Of a DNA stretch of 64,000 bases, positions 54,104-64,000 are shown in pieces. The notes beneath the pieces are model-generated. The model saw nothing but the letters and a program-made list of their open reading frames with translations, ran no database searches and was not told where the DNA came from. A program made the position numbers and the translations under genes. How positions within the stretch are numbered: the stretch's first letter is position 1; each line of letters starts with the position of its first letter. The stretch is taken from NCBI GenBank assembly GCA_050015075.1, contig JBEKCB010000002.1, positions 128,001 through 192,000 on the forward strand, read 5' to 3'. The stretch is from Candidatus Brocadiia bacterium (GTDB lineage Bacteria; Planctomycetota; Brocadiia; CAIUPP01).

Positions 54104-56278
54104 ATGACGCCCGATAGTGTGCTCGATGCCAGGTCAACCGCCTCGTCCGAACTCAACCCGTCGCCGCAGGCGCGCCGGCCGCGCCGGGTTAAGCGGCAGC
54201 CTTTGCTGACGCGGGACACATGCCTGCCCGCATTGAAGCAAGCCGCGATCATGCTGCGGCCCGATATCCAATGGAACAATCCGGTCATGTTCGTCGTCGA
54301 GGTCGGCGCCTGCCTGACCTTGCTCTACATCGGCAAGGCGATCTTCGGCACGGCCGCCAGCCAGGTGCCCTTGAGCTACTTCATCGCGCTGGATATCTGG
54401 CTGTTCCTGACCGTTCTCTTTGCGAATTTCGCCACGGCCCTGGCCGAGGCGCGCGGCAAGGCGCACGCCGAATCGCTGCGCCGGACGCGTGTGGAAACGG
54501 TGGCCTATCGCCTGCGCGACAAGGGCCAGGTTGAGCAGGTCTCCTCCGCCGCGCTGCGGCCGGGAGATAAGGTGGTCGTGAGCGCAGGCCAAATCATTCC
54601 GGGCGACGGCGAGGTGATCGAGGGAATCGCTTCCGTGGACGAGGCGGCGATCACCGGCGAATCGGCGCCCGTGATCCGCGAGTCGGGCGGCGACCGCTCC
54701 GGCGTGACCGGCGGGACCACCGTCCAGTCCGATCGAATCGTGGTCCGGATCACGGCGCAGCCTGGCGAATCGTTCCTCGATCGCATGATCGCGCTCGTCG
54801 AGGGCGCCAAGCGCCAGCGGACTCCCAACGAAATCGCCCTGACGCTTCTCCTCTCCGCGTTCACGCTGGTCTTCCTGATCGTCGTGATACCGCTCTACCC
54901 GATGGCCTGGAACGCCGAGCAATACATGATGGGCTACCTGGGCGTTCAAGAGCCCCTGCACAGTCTCGGCACGGACGTGCCAACGTTGATCGCGCTCCTG
55001 GTTTGCCTGATCCCGACCACCATCGGCGCGCTGCTGGCCGCCATCGGGATCGCGGGAATGGATCGCGCCCTGGAGGCCAACATTATCGCGAAGAGCGGCA
55101 AGGCCGTTGAGACCGCCGGCGATATTGACGTCGTCCTGCTGGACAAGACCGGCACGATCACCCTGGGCAACCGGCGCGCGGTGGAATTCATCCCGGCCGA
55201 TGGCGTGGCGACCGAACTGCTGGCTTCGAGCGCCCAGATGGCCTCTCTCTCCGACGAGACGCCCGAGGGCCGCAGCATCGTCGTTCTCGCCAAGGAAAAA
55301 TATAAACTCCGCGCGTGGGCGGCGGGCGAACTGCGCGGGACATTCATCCCGTTCAGCGCGCAAACCCGAATGAGCGGCATTGACCTGGAAGACGGCCAGC
55401 ACATCCGCAAAGGGGCTTCGGAAGCCGTTGAAGCCTACGTGAAGCAACACGGCGGGACGATGCCGGCGGACGTCCGGCAGTCGGTCGAAAAGATCTCCCG
55501 GTTGGGCGGAACGCCGCTCGTGGTGGCCAGCCAGGGCGCCGTGCTGGGCGTGGTTCATCTGAAGGACATCATCAAGGGCGGGATCAAGGAACGGTTCGAG
55601 CACCTTCGGAAAATGGGCGTCAACAGTGTGATGATCACCGGCGACAACCCCTTGACGGCGGCGGCCATTGCGGCCGAAGCGGGAGTCAATGATTTCCTGG
55701 CGGAGGCCACGCCGGAGCAGAAGCTGGCGTTCATCCGCAAGGAGCAGGCCGAGGGAAAACTGGTCGCCATGATGGGCGACGGCACCAACGACGCGCCCGC
55801 TCTCGCGCAAGGCGACGTTGCCCTGGCCATGAACGCCGGCACGCAGGCGGCCAAAGAAGCGGCCAACATGGTTGACCTGGACAGCGACCCCACGAAGCTG
55901 ATCGAAGTGGTGGAGATCGGCAAGCAACTGCTGATGACGCGCGGCGCGCTGACGACGTTCTCGATCGCCAACGACGTGGCGAAATACTTCGCCATCATCC
56001 CGGCGCTGTTCGCCGGGACGCTGCCATGGCTGAAAGCTATAGACATCATGCACCTGCATTCGCCGACCTCCGCGATTTTGTCGGCGATCATATTCAACGC
56101 GCTCATTATCCCCGCCTTGATCCCGGTGGCGCTCAAAGGCGTTTCGTACCGGCCGCTCGGCGCCGACGCGCTTCTGCGAAGGAACCTTTTCATCTGGGGG
56201 CTCGGAGGCGTGATCCTTCCGTTCATCGGCATCAAGCTCATTGACGTGTTCATGGTCGCGCTGCACCTGGTCAACTGA
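54104..56278 (+). CDS. kdpB: K+-transporting ATPase subunit B
   Basis: [32 protein letters not shown] and [10 protein letters not shown]. Confidence 0.98.
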   Translation: MTPDSVLDARSTASSELNPSPQARRPRRVKRQPLLTRDTCLPALKQAAIMLRPDIQWNNPVMFVVEVGACLTLLYIGKAIFGTAASQVPLSYFIALDIWLFLTVLFANFATALAEARGKAHAESLRRTRVETVAYRLRDKGQVEQVSSAALRPGDKVVVSAGQIIPGDGEVIEGIASVDEAAITGESAPVIRESGGDRSGVTGGTTVQSDRIVVRITAQPGESFLDRMIALVEGAKRQRTPNEIALTLLLSAFTLVFLIVVIPLYPMAWNAEQYMMGYLGVQEPLHSLGTDVPTLIALLVCLIPTTIGALLAAIGIAGMDRALEANIIAKSGKAVETAGDIDVVLLDKTGTITLGNRRAVEFIPADGVATELLASSAQMASLSDETPEGRSIVVLAKEKYKLRAWAAGELRGTFIPFSAQTRMSGIDLEDGQHIRKGASEAVEAYVKQHGGTMPADVRQSVEKISRLGGTPLVVASQGAVLGVVHLKDIIKGGIKERFEHLRKMGVNSVMITGDNPLTAAAIAAEAGVNDFLAEATPEQKLAFIRKEQAEGKLVAMMGDGTNDAPALAQGDVALAMNAGTQAAKEAANMVDLDSDPTKLIEVVEIGKQLLMTRGALTTFSIANDVAKYFAIIPALFAGTLPWLKAIDIMHLHSPTSAILSAIIFNALIIPALIPVALKGVSYRPLGADALLRRNLFIWGLGGVILPFIGIKLIDVFMVALHLVN

Positions 56279-56304
56279 ACATTTCGAAGAAAGGAGTCAT
56301 CAAT

Positions 56305-57342
56305 ATGCGGCAAATCATTTCAAAGAGCCTCGAGTTGCTGCTGCTCTTCGTGATCATCTGTTGCGTCATCTACCCGGCGGCGCTCTGGGCGGTCGGCCAG
56401 ACGCTGTTTTCAGACAAGGCGAACGGCAGCATGGTCAAAGGTCCCGATGGCGCGCCGGTCGGATCGCTGCTCATCGCGCAGCCGTTCACGAAAGACGAGT
56501 ACTTCCAGCCGCGCCCGTCGGCTTGCTCCTACGATGGATCGGCGTCCTCCTCGTCGGCGCTGGCGGCCAGCAATTACGCGCTTCGCGGGCGGGTCGCCGC
56601 GACGCTCGGCCCGATCGCCGCGTACCAGGGCGGTCCCAACGACGGCAAACCGGTGGCGCCGGACATCGAGGCATGGTTCCAGAAGGACCAGTTCCAGGGC
56701 GGCCCCAACATCGTCGCGCAATGGGCCGACGTTCATAACGGTATGGCGCAGGCCTGGGTGGGAACGACGTTCGATGCCAAGAACCCGACGCCGCAACAGC
56801 AGTATGTGCTGGACTGGGAGAAGGCCCACGCCGCCGTCGTGGCCAAGTTCAAGCAGGACAACCCCACGATCGCCGAGCCGGCGCCATCCGACTTGGCGGT
56901 CGTGTTTTTTGAAGCGTTCTCCAAGGAGAATCCCGGTCGGTTTCTCTCGGCGGTCACGACCAACGGACCCGATGGCAAGCCCGTCACGAAGATTCAGGTG
57001 GTCAAGGACGGCTCGGATGTTCAATCGAACTTCTTCGATATGTGGCGGCAGGAGCATCCGGATATTGCGCTTCAGGATATCCCCGGCGACCTCGTGACGA
57101 CTTCCGCCTCCGGGCTTGACCCGCACATCACCCTGCAAAACGCCGAGTACCAGTTGGACCGGGTCGCGTCCAAGTGGGCGGCTGATCTCAAGCGCGACCC
57201 GGCGGACGTGCGCCGGGAAATTGACAGCCTCCTGAAGACGCAGGCGTCGGCGCCGCTCGGCGGGCTTGCGGGCGAGCCGTTCATCAACGTGCTCGACGTC
57301 AATCTCCAGCTTCGCAACCGATACGGAGCCTTGCCGCAATAA
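56305..57342 (+). CDS. kdpC: K+-transporting ATPase subunit C, extended form
   Basis: ANGS, GSLLIAQPF, YFQPRPSA, DLVTTSASGLDPHI and GEPFINVL, with a long central insertion (345 aa in total). Confidence 0.92.
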   Translation: MRQIISKSLELLLLFVIICCVIYPAALWAVGQTLFSDKANGSMVKGPDGAPVGSLLIAQPFTKDEYFQPRPSACSYDGSASSSSALAASNYALRGRVAATLGPIAAYQGGPNDGKPVAPDIEAWFQKDQFQGGPNIVAQWADVHNGMAQAWVGTTFDAKNPTPQQQYVLDWEKAHAAVVAKFKQDNPTIAEPAPSDLAVVFFEAFSKENPGRFLSAVTTNGPDGKPVTKIQVVKDGSDVQSNFFDMWRQEHPDIALQDIPGDLVTTSASGLDPHITLQNAEYQLDRVASKWAADLKRDPADVRREIDSLLKTQASAPLGGLAGEPFINVLDVNLQLRNRYGALPQ

Positions 57343-57435
57343 CAAGCCGGGAGCGGTCTTCTTGCGGTTGTCCGGGCTTCGTGGTAAATTTCTCCAACCG
57401 CCGGCCTGCAAGAATAACACTCCAAGGCGAATGAA

Positions 57436-59340
57436 ATGGTTGCTCTGCTGAGACGCTGGGGACTGTTGCCCGCCGAACCTGCGCACCTGCGCGCCGTCGG
57501 TCGAATGGTCCTGCTGGCCGGCCTGGTCGGCGTGGTGGCGGGTCTCGGCGCGGTGGCGTTTCAGTTCTTATCGCACCTGGTACTCAAGTACGGCCTGGAG
57601 TTCGTCGCCGGTTACAAGCCCGCCGGCCCTTCGGGCGAATGGAGCATCTTCTCGGATATCCGGCCGGTCTTCGGCGGCTTTGCGCCCTGGATGCTGCTGG
57701 TCGTCATCACGGCCGGCGGATTGATTTCAGGCATCATCGTTTATTCCCTCGCGCCCGAAGCCGAAGGGCACGGAACGGACGCCGCCATCAAGGCCTATCA
57801 CAAGGGCCGGGCCATCATCCGGCCGGTGGTGCCGCTGGTGAAGATCGTCTGCTCGGCGCTGACTCTCGGCTCGGGCGGTTCCGGCGGCCGGGAAGGCCCC
57901 ATCGCGCAGATCGGCGCGGGGTTCGGCTCGTACATCGCCCGTGTGCTGAAACTCTCCGAGCATGACCGGCGGATGCTGCTGTGCGCCGGCCTGGGAGCGG
58001 GCATCGCGGCTATCTTCAAGGCGCCGCTGGCCGGGGCGATCTTCGCCATCGAGGTGCTCTACCGCGACGAGGACTTCGAGGCCGAGGCGCTGATTCCCGC
58101 CTTCATCTCCTGCACCGTCGCCTATTGCGTGTTCGGGCTGATCGCACTGTATGGGTTCAGCACCGGCTCGGGTTTTGCCCCGCTGCTGGGCGTCCAGCCG
58201 GGCTTGAAATTCGATAAGCCGGCGCTGCTCCTGCCGCTGACGATCCTGGCGGCGTTCATGGTCATCGCCTCGCTGATTTACGTGCGGTGCTTTTACGCCG
58301 TCGTGGGCCTCTTCAAGCGCTTCAAGATCCCGCCGCATGTGAAACCCGCGATCGGCGCTCTCGCCACGGGCCTCTTCGCGCTGGGGGTCTTTCGCGCCCT
58401 GGAGTATTTCGGGCCGGAGGCGCAGATGGATTCGCTCAATATCCTCTCCTTCGGCTACGGCATCCTGCAGAAACTGCTCGATGGCCCATTCCATCACCAC
58501 CTCGTCGGCGCAGTGGTCGTACTCGCGGCCATCGGAATCGGAAAGATCCTGACCACCTCCCTGACCATCGGCTCGGGCGGATCCGGCGGCGTGTTCGGAC
58601 CGAGCATGGTCATCGGCGGGACCCTCGGCGGCGCCGTCGGCCTGCTCCTTCAGCACTGGATGCCGACGGTCGTCACGCGCGTGGACGTCTTCGTCATCCT
58701 CGGCATGGCCAGCTTCTTCTCCGCCGCCGCCAAGGTCCCCGTCAGCACCATCATCATGGTCTCGGAACTGACCGCCGGCTACGAGCTGCTGATCCCGGCG
58801 ATGTGGGTCTCCGCCTTCGCCTACCTCCTCAGCCGCGGCTGGTCCATCTACCGCGAGCAGGTCCCCTCGCGCTTTTACTCCGACGCGCACCGCGGTGATT
58901 TCGTCATCGGCATCCTCAAAGGAATGGCCGTCGGCAAAATCTGGAAACCTCCCGCGAAACCGGTCGTCTGTTTCCCGTTCGACGCGCCGCTCACGCGCGT
59001 CACCGACGCGATCCCCGTCACGACGCAGACGGTATTCCCCGTCCTGGACAAGGAAGGCAAGTACTACGGCCTGATCCACCTGAACCAGATCCGGCGCGTC
59101 ATTTACGAGAAGGAAGTCAGGCAACTGGTCATCGTCGAGGACATCGCGGTGGAGAACATCGAGCCGCTTCGCCTGGACACGGACTTATCCAGCGTGGTGA
59201 CCATGTTCGCGCAACTGGACTACGCCGAATTGCCCGTGGTGGACGCGGACTCGGGGAAGGTCCTCGGCCTGTTGCGCCGCCAGGAGCTTCTCGCCGCCTA
59301 CAATGCGCGGTTGTCGGAAATGCAGGCGCAGAAGCCGTGA
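57436..59340 (+). CDS. ClC-family chloride channel/antiporter with CBS pair
   Basis: GHGTD, GGSGGREGP, FKAPLAG, EVL, GSGGVFGP and C-terminal CBS domains. Confidence 0.93.
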   Translation: MVALLRRWGLLPAEPAHLRAVGRMVLLAGLVGVVAGLGAVAFQFLSHLVLKYGLEFVAGYKPAGPSGEWSIFSDIRPVFGGFAPWMLLVVITAGGLISGIIVYSLAPEAEGHGTDAAIKAYHKGRAIIRPVVPLVKIVCSALTLGSGGSGGREGPIAQIGAGFGSYIARVLKLSEHDRRMLLCAGLGAGIAAIFKAPLAGAIFAIEVLYRDEDFEAEALIPAFISCTVAYCVFGLIALYGFSTGSGFAPLLGVQPGLKFDKPALLLPLTILAAFMVIASLIYVRCFYAVVGLFKRFKIPPHVKPAIGALATGLFALGVFRALEYFGPEAQMDSLNILSFGYGILQKLLDGPFHHHLVGAVVVLAAIGIGKILTTSLTIGSGGSGGVFGPSMVIGGTLGGAVGLLLQHWMPTVVTRVDVFVILGMASFFSAAAKVPVSTIIMVSELTAGYELLIPAMWVSAFAYLLSRGWSIYREQVPSRFYSDAHRGDFVIGILKGMAVGKIWKPPAKPVVCFPFDAPLTRVTDAIPVTTQTVFPVLDKEGKYYGLIHLNQIRRVIYEKEVRQLVIVEDIAVENIEPLRLDTDLSSVVTMFAQLDYAELPVVDADSGKVLGLLRRQELLAAYNARLSEMQAQKP

Positions 59341-59368
59341 GCGGCCCCTTTCATAAGGATCGGATGCC

Positions 59369-60460
59369 ATGAGCGCACCAACCGGAAAGTCCTATGTGTA
59401 CGCGGGCACCTATACCGCCAAGACCGCAAAGGGCATCTGCTTCTCCCGGTTCGATGAGGCCGCCGGAATTTTGGAGCCCTTTGTTCTCGCTGCGGAAATG
59501 CCCAACCCTACGTTCCTGACTATACACCCGAACGGGCAATTCCTATACGCAGTCAGCGAGGTCCGCGACTCCACCGGCAGGCACGGCGGGTCCGTCAATG
59601 CCTTCGCCATCTCTCCCGGGACGGGACAGTTGCGGTTCCTCAACCGGCAGTCGTCGGAGGGCGCCGGGCCCTGCCACCTGAGCGTGGATCGGACCGGGCG
59701 GGTTGTGCTCGTGGCGAATTACGCGTCCGGGAGCGCGGCGGTCCTGCCCGTGGGCGGCGACGGCTGTCTCGGCGCCGCGTCCGATAAGGTTCAGCATCAC
59801 GGTTCGAGCGTCCATCCTCAGCGGCAAGAGGGTCCTCATGCCCACTCGATTACTCCCTCGCCGGACAACCGGTTCGCCCTGGTAGCGGACCTGGGATTGG
59901 ATCGGATCATGGTCTACCGGCTCGATGCGTCGGCGGGGCGCTTGACGCCGAACGATCCGCCGTGGGCGGCCGTCAAGCCGGGCGCCGGGCCGCGCCATCT
60001 CGCGTTTCATCCGGTCCTGCCGCTCGTCTACCTCGTCACCGAACTCGGCAACACGGTGACGGCGTTCGCCTGGGACGCTCTGCGGGGCGCGCTGCGGGAA
60101 GCGCAGACGATCTCGACGCTGCCGCCGGATTTCCATGACACGAGCTACGGCGCGGACGTGCACATTGCCCCTTCAGGCCGGTTCCTCTATGCCTCGAACC
60201 GCGGCCACGACAGCATCGCCATCTTCTCCGTTGACCAGTCCACCGGCCTGCTTTCTGCGGTTGGCCATCAGCCGACGCTGGGCAAATGGCCGCGCAATTT
60301 CGTTATTGACTCGACCGGCGCATGGCTGCTGGCGGCCAACCAGGAGGGCGACTCGGTGGTGGTCTTCCGCATCGAGGCCGAGACCGGGAAACTGGCCTCC
60401 GTCGGTCATGCGGCCGACGTGTCCATGCCCGTCTGCCTGAAACTCCTTCCATGCGGGTGA
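59369..60460 (+). CDS. pgl: 6-phosphogluconolactonase / lactonase family beta-propeller
   Basis: YAGTYT, GPCHL, VANY, RQEGPHAH, ADLGLD, GAGPRH, ASNRGHDSI and WPRNF. Confidence 0.88.
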   Translation: MSAPTGKSYVYAGTYTAKTAKGICFSRFDEAAGILEPFVLAAEMPNPTFLTIHPNGQFLYAVSEVRDSTGRHGGSVNAFAISPGTGQLRFLNRQSSEGAGPCHLSVDRTGRVVLVANYASGSAAVLPVGGDGCLGAASDKVQHHGSSVHPQRQEGPHAHSITPSPDNRFALVADLGLDRIMVYRLDASAGRLTPNDPPWAAVKPGAGPRHLAFHPVLPLVYLVTELGNTVTAFAWDALRGALREAQTISTLPPDFHDTSYGADVHIAPSGRFLYASNRGHDSIAIFSVDQSTGLLSAVGHQPTLGKWPRNFVIDSTGAWLLAANQEGDSVVVFRIEAETGKLASVGHAADVSMPVCLKLLPCG

Positions 60461-60493
60461 GGCGCAGGGCCGCAATGCCGTCGCCGGCCTGCG

Positions 60494-61984
60494 CTACAGC
60501 TTGCCCTCTTCGCGAAGCCGGGCTTCGGCCTCTTTGACAATCTCGTCCACGTCCTTGATCTGGTCGGGCGCGAGCGGCGAGGCGATGTCGTTGGATATGA
60601 GTTGCCGCGCCCTCTCGCGCGCCATGTTCTCCCATTGACGCGTTTCGTCGCCGCGCGGGTCCACGCCCCACGGCGCTACGGCGAAGAACGGCGACAGGTC
60701 CAGAAAGTTGCGGAACTGCTTGGCGGTGTCCATCTCGGAAAGGTAGTTCCCGCCGATGCCGACCTCGCGGATGAGGTCCACGTCAATCGCCTCGTCGGTC
60801 ACTTCGAATCCCTGGACGGCGCGGCGGACGTAGCGCGTCACTTCGTTGTCGAGGACGAGTTGGATGGGCGAGTACGTGATGGCGTTCTCGAGGTGGCCGA
60901 CGACGCCGTAGCCGACCGCGCCGCACAGCACCGCCATGAGCATCGTCACGCCCTTCTCGACTCCGGCGCGGGCGCCCGGCAGACAGGCATCAGTCTTGCC
61001 GCCGTGCACCCCGCTCGGGCAGCCGTAATACTCGCTGATGATCTGTATGCGCGCGCCGTTCATCGAGACGCGCTCCGGCCCGGCGTAGCGGAAAATCCCC
61101 GTCCGCATGTCCGCGAAGGACGGGCAGATGTCGAGCGTCACCACCGCCTCCTCGTCCGCCGCATAGCAGAGCACCAGCCCGGCGAGCGTCTCCGCCAGGC
61201 CCACGGCGAGCGTCGCGGCCGGATGGATCGGCGCCGTGGCCCCCGCGTTCGGCATCGTGTCGAGCGACTGCGGCATGCCGTGCTTCACGTACGCGAGCAT
61301 GATGTCGCACATGTTGCGGTCGAGCGTCAGCGGCGTCTTCGCCTCAGCGTAGCCGACGAGGATCGGGCGCTTGCGCAGCTCCTCGCGGCCTCCGCGGACG
61401 ACCTCGCCGATGCGCATCGTGTACTCGACGTCGAACGGCGTCAGCGTCTCGATGCCGCCGAACTTGTCGGTGATCTTGACGAGTTCCGCCGCCATGCGCA
61501 CCGGCCGGATCGGCAGCGGCACGTCCTGCGCGGCGACGGGCAGGCCGGTGTAGGCGATCTGGTCGAGCTGAGCGGCGAGCTTGAGCGAGTCGCGCGTGTC
61601 CTGCAGCGTGGCGCGCCGGCGCACGCCGTCGAAATCGTAGATGAACACGCAGTAGCCGCCCGCGCTGGCGGTGAAGTCCGGGTGGATCCCGAACGGCTCC
61701 TTGCGGAACCGGACGTGCGAGTAGCGCACCGCCATGCGCTCGGGGAACTCGCGCGTCTCGAAGTCGCGCCGCATCTTCTTCACGCGCTTCTCGACGAGGT
61801 CCTCCGGGAACCGGACCTGCTTCTTCTGGCGGTCCACCTTGCAGCCGGCCGCCTGCAGGTAATCCAGCGCCTCGTCGTGGTCAATCCTCATCCCGACTTC
61901 GGCGAGGATCCGCAGCGCCTTGCGGTGGATGATCTCCATCTCCTCGAAGGCGAGGAATCGGACCGGCTCTCGTAAAGTCTTCAA
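60494..61984 (-). CDS. Trimethylamine methyltransferase (MttB) superfamily protein, non-pyrrolysine
   Basis: IHRKALRILAEVGM, TPL, AGATAP...AETLAG, DMRTG...AGPE, AGVEK, SPIQLVLDNE and IREVGIGGNYL. No in-frame TAG. Confidence 0.88.
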   Translation of the reverse strand: MKTLREPVRFLAFEEMEIIHRKALRILAEVGMRIDHDEALDYLQAAGCKVDRQKKQVRFPEDLVEKRVKKMRRDFETREFPERMAVRYSHVRFRKEPFGIHPDFTASAGGYCVFIYDFDGVRRRATLQDTRDSLKLAAQLDQIAYTGLPVAAQDVPLPIRPVRMAAELVKITDKFGGIETLTPFDVEYTMRIGEVVRGGREELRKRPILVGYAEAKTPLTLDRNMCDIMLAYVKHGMPQSLDTMPNAGATAPIHPAATLAVGLAETLAGLVLCYAADEEAVVTLDICPSFADMRTGIFRYAGPERVSMNGARIQIISEYYGCPSGVHGGKTDACLPGARAGVEKGVTMLMAVLCGAVGYGVVGHLENAITYSPIQLVLDNEVTRYVRRAVQGFEVTDEAIDVDLIREVGIGGNYLSEMDTAKQFRNFLDLSPFFAVAPWGVDPRGDETRQWENMARERARQLISNDIASPLAPDQIKDVDEIVKEAEARLREEGKL

Positions 61985-62014
61985 CCGCGGTCTCCTGCAG
62001 GCGAAGATCTCGCG

Positions 62015-63148
62015 TCATGTCTGGGGATTCGTCCGGCCTGCCGCCGTTTTCTCGACGATCCGGGGGAAATAGAGCCAGAGATGTCCCGAGTCGTCGTCCT
62101 CGCCGAAAACGATCTCCCCGTCGCGCCCGACGACGGCGTCGCCGAAGACGTAGCCGTACCGCCGGCGCTGGATCACTGAGACTGCGGCGCCGATATCGGT
62201 GACCTTGCCTGTGTCAGGGTCGTAACAGAACATTCTGGAAATCTCGTCGCCGCAGAAACCGAAAACGCGGCCGTCCAGAGTCACGGCCATGGGCCCGACG
62301 GGAGTTAACCCTGCGCGGCCCAGCGGGCCGGTGAACCGCCCTGCCTCGTCGAGGGCGAAGAGGTCCCCTTTTCCGTCGGCCGTGTAGAGCAGTCCCGGAC
62401 CGCGGCGCCTTGCCCATACCTTGGGCGCATGGGCCCAGTCGCCGTTGGAAAGCGCAATAGCCCGGCGATCGAGCTTCTTTGCAGCGGGGTCGAAGCGCCA
62501 CAGCGTATCGCCTTCATCGAAGCCCAGAATGCCGCCGCCGGCATCCACGGCCAACCGGCCCACGCCGCGGAGTTCGCCCAGGACCTCTACGGCGCCGGTC
62601 TCGATTTCCACCACAAGAAGATGCTTGAGAGTCGTTGCGAACGCCCGTCGGCCCGAAGGGTCGGTCACCGCGTGGACGATCCGCTCTCCGCCCGTCGGCA
62701 CGGCGTGATACTTAAGCGGCTTCCGCGTGAAACCCCATTCCTGGATCAGGCTGAAAGGCGCGCGCTCCAGTTCCCGGCTGACGATGCGGGCGCCGGCCGG
62801 CCCGTTGACGAAGGCAGCGAAACCCGCCGGCCCGCAGCCGACGGCGACGCACTGTTCCGCCCCATCCACGACGCCCATGTCGTACACCGCGCCCATGTCG
62901 GCGCGGAACATGCCGACGAACAGGTGGACGCGTTTTCCGCTTGTGCCGCCGTAGATGACGCCTTCGCGCGTCGCATCCAAGGCGGTGACCCTGCTCTCGT
63001 CCGCGATGATGGGAACGGTCACGCCCGGAAAACACATCGGGAAGGCGACCATCATCCCTTCGTTGATGAACGATCCGTGAACGATCTTGTCGTGGAGGGT
63101 TCTCACCTCCGGATCATGCCAGTCCAGCGGCTTCTTGACGGATTTCAA
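62015..63148 (-). CDS. Uncharacterised beta-propeller protein
   Basis: TTG start after the GGGAG RBS. Blade repeats (IYGGTSG, LWRFDP, FCYDPDTG) and terminal GEDDDSGHLWLYFP. Confidence 0.7.
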   Translation of the reverse strand: MKSVKKPLDWHDPEVRTLHDKIVHGSFINEGMMVAFPMCFPGVTVPIIADESRVTALDATREGVIYGGTSGKRVHLFVGMFRADMGAVYDMGVVDGAEQCVAVGCGPAGFAAFVNGPAGARIVSRELERAPFSLIQEWGFTRKPLKYHAVPTGGERIVHAVTDPSGRRAFATTLKHLLVVEIETGAVEVLGELRGVGRLAVDAGGGILGFDEGDTLWRFDPAAKKLDRRAIALSNGDWAHAPKVWARRRGPGLLYTADGKGDLFALDEAGRFTGPLGRAGLTPVGPMAVTLDGRVFGFCGDEISRMFCYDPDTGKVTDIGAAVSVIQRRRYGYVFGDAVVGRDGEIVFGEDDDSGHLWLYFPRIVEKTAAGRTNPQT

Positions 63149-63161
63149 AGCGTTCTCCCTT

Positions 63162-64000
63162 CTATCCCCACATGCGGATGGGCAAATGGGCATTGGGTTT
63201 CTTCCGGTCCGCCGGCATCGCCACCCGGAAGATGCCGACCGGCCTCGGCCCGACGTGCGCAAAGAACAGGTCGCCGTTGTGGTCTATCGCGGCGCGCGAA
63301 ACGTACTGCGCCGCCTGGCCCGGGCGCTTCAGTTCAAAGACCTCCTCGCGCTCCAGCGTGGCGGGATTCAGCCGATAGACGATCCCCCACATGTTGACGC
63401 TGCCGTCGCCCGCCTCGCGGGGCGAGTCGTCCGTCTTGCCTTCGCGCCATCTCGACGCGCAGTAGTACAGATACCCGTCGCCGCCGAACACCAGCCCGCC
63501 GCAGTGGTCGAGGAAAGTGGACAAGGGCAGCGTCAGGTCGCGGCGCTGCGTCGTCGGGCCCAGGTCCTCCACGCGCCCCCATTCGCCCTCATTCGGCCAG
63601 ATGCGCATCAGCCTCGGGTTGGCGATCCACGTCGAGGCATAAACACATTCCCCATCCGGCGACGGCGCGACATCGTAGAGCACGCTGTGCCAGCCGGTCT
63701 GGTAAGTCGGGTCGTGCGGCAGGATGTACGGCGAAGTCTCCAGCCGGTCTTTATCCGGATCGTAGCGCACGATCCGGCCGTCGTCATTCGACGTCAAAAC
63801 GCGATGGCGCTTGTCCAGGAAGAGCGCCTGCGCGTTGACGGAGCCGATGCGGCCCACGTCGCGAGTCTTGCGCTTGGCGATGTCATAGATGAAAAAATGG
63901 TCGCGAGGATAGCTCAGCGAATAGAGAAGCCCGCGCTCTTCGTCGTGCAGCAGGCAGCGGCAGCCTTCCTTGGGGATCATCGTATCCCACCAGAGCACCT
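63162..64000 (-). CDS. Uncharacterised beta-propeller protein (5' end beyond window)
   Basis: LYSLSYPRDHFFIYDIAKRKTRDVGRIG aligns by eye with IYGLTWPKGYFLVYDIAARRLRNLGKVS of 48372-49697. Confidence 0.72.
   Translation of the reverse strand, partial: VLWWDTMIPKEGCRCLLHDEERGLLYSLSYPRDHFFIYDIAKRKTRDVGRIGSVNAQALFLDKRHRVLTSNDDGRIVRYDPDKDRLETSPYILPHDPTYQTGWHSVLYDVAPSPDGECVYASTWIANPRLMRIWPNEGEWGRVEDLGPTTQRRDLTLPLSTFLDHCGGLVFGGDGYLYYCASRWREGKTDDSPREAGDGSVNMWGIVYRLNPATLEREEVFELKRPGQAAQYVSRAAIDHNGDLFFAHVGPRPVGIFRVAMPADRKKPNAHLPIRMWG

Noticed and set aside
60494-61984. Pyrrolysine or selenocysteine recoding
   Set aside because: The ORF is open without an in-frame TAG or TGA, and no pyl/sel genes are in the window.

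Overview
A GC-rich bacterial chromosomal window that is most consistent with a Planctomycetota/PVC-type organism. This is inferred from zinc-ribbon-capped proteins, tandem PQQ-like propellers, a BBP2-type porin and many sugar-catabolic genes. There are about 50 credible CDSs. They include perR/fur-katG, rlmD-like, pckG, an atypical mnmE-like GTPase, glycosyltransferases, a GH29 fucosidase and a non-canonical GrpE/Hsp70 pair fused into an aldehyde/alcohol dehydrogenase gene string. Also present are an ApbE + flavinylated DsbD-like/FMN/ferredoxin fusion + AmmeMemoRadiSam radical SAM neighbourhood, creatininase/propeller and MttB/propeller catabolic clusters, and a porin-small peptide-kdpFABC-ClC string. 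No rRNA, tRNA, CRISPR array, transposase or integrase was seen. The strongest sequence-level signal is a dense set of small palindromic elements that repeatedly nest inside one another. These are five copies of a GTAG-headed REP doublet, four inverted repeats built from 8-9-bp tandem units, a dRS3-like doublet, a MITE-like shell, and a 45-nt in-frame insertion inside the rlmD-like gene. Sigma70 promoters with a lineage-like TTGACG-N17-(C/A)A(G/C)AAT signature, a sigma54 promoter, and a low-GC islet with attC-like half sites are also visible. All protein calls come from motif recognition by eye, not database searches.
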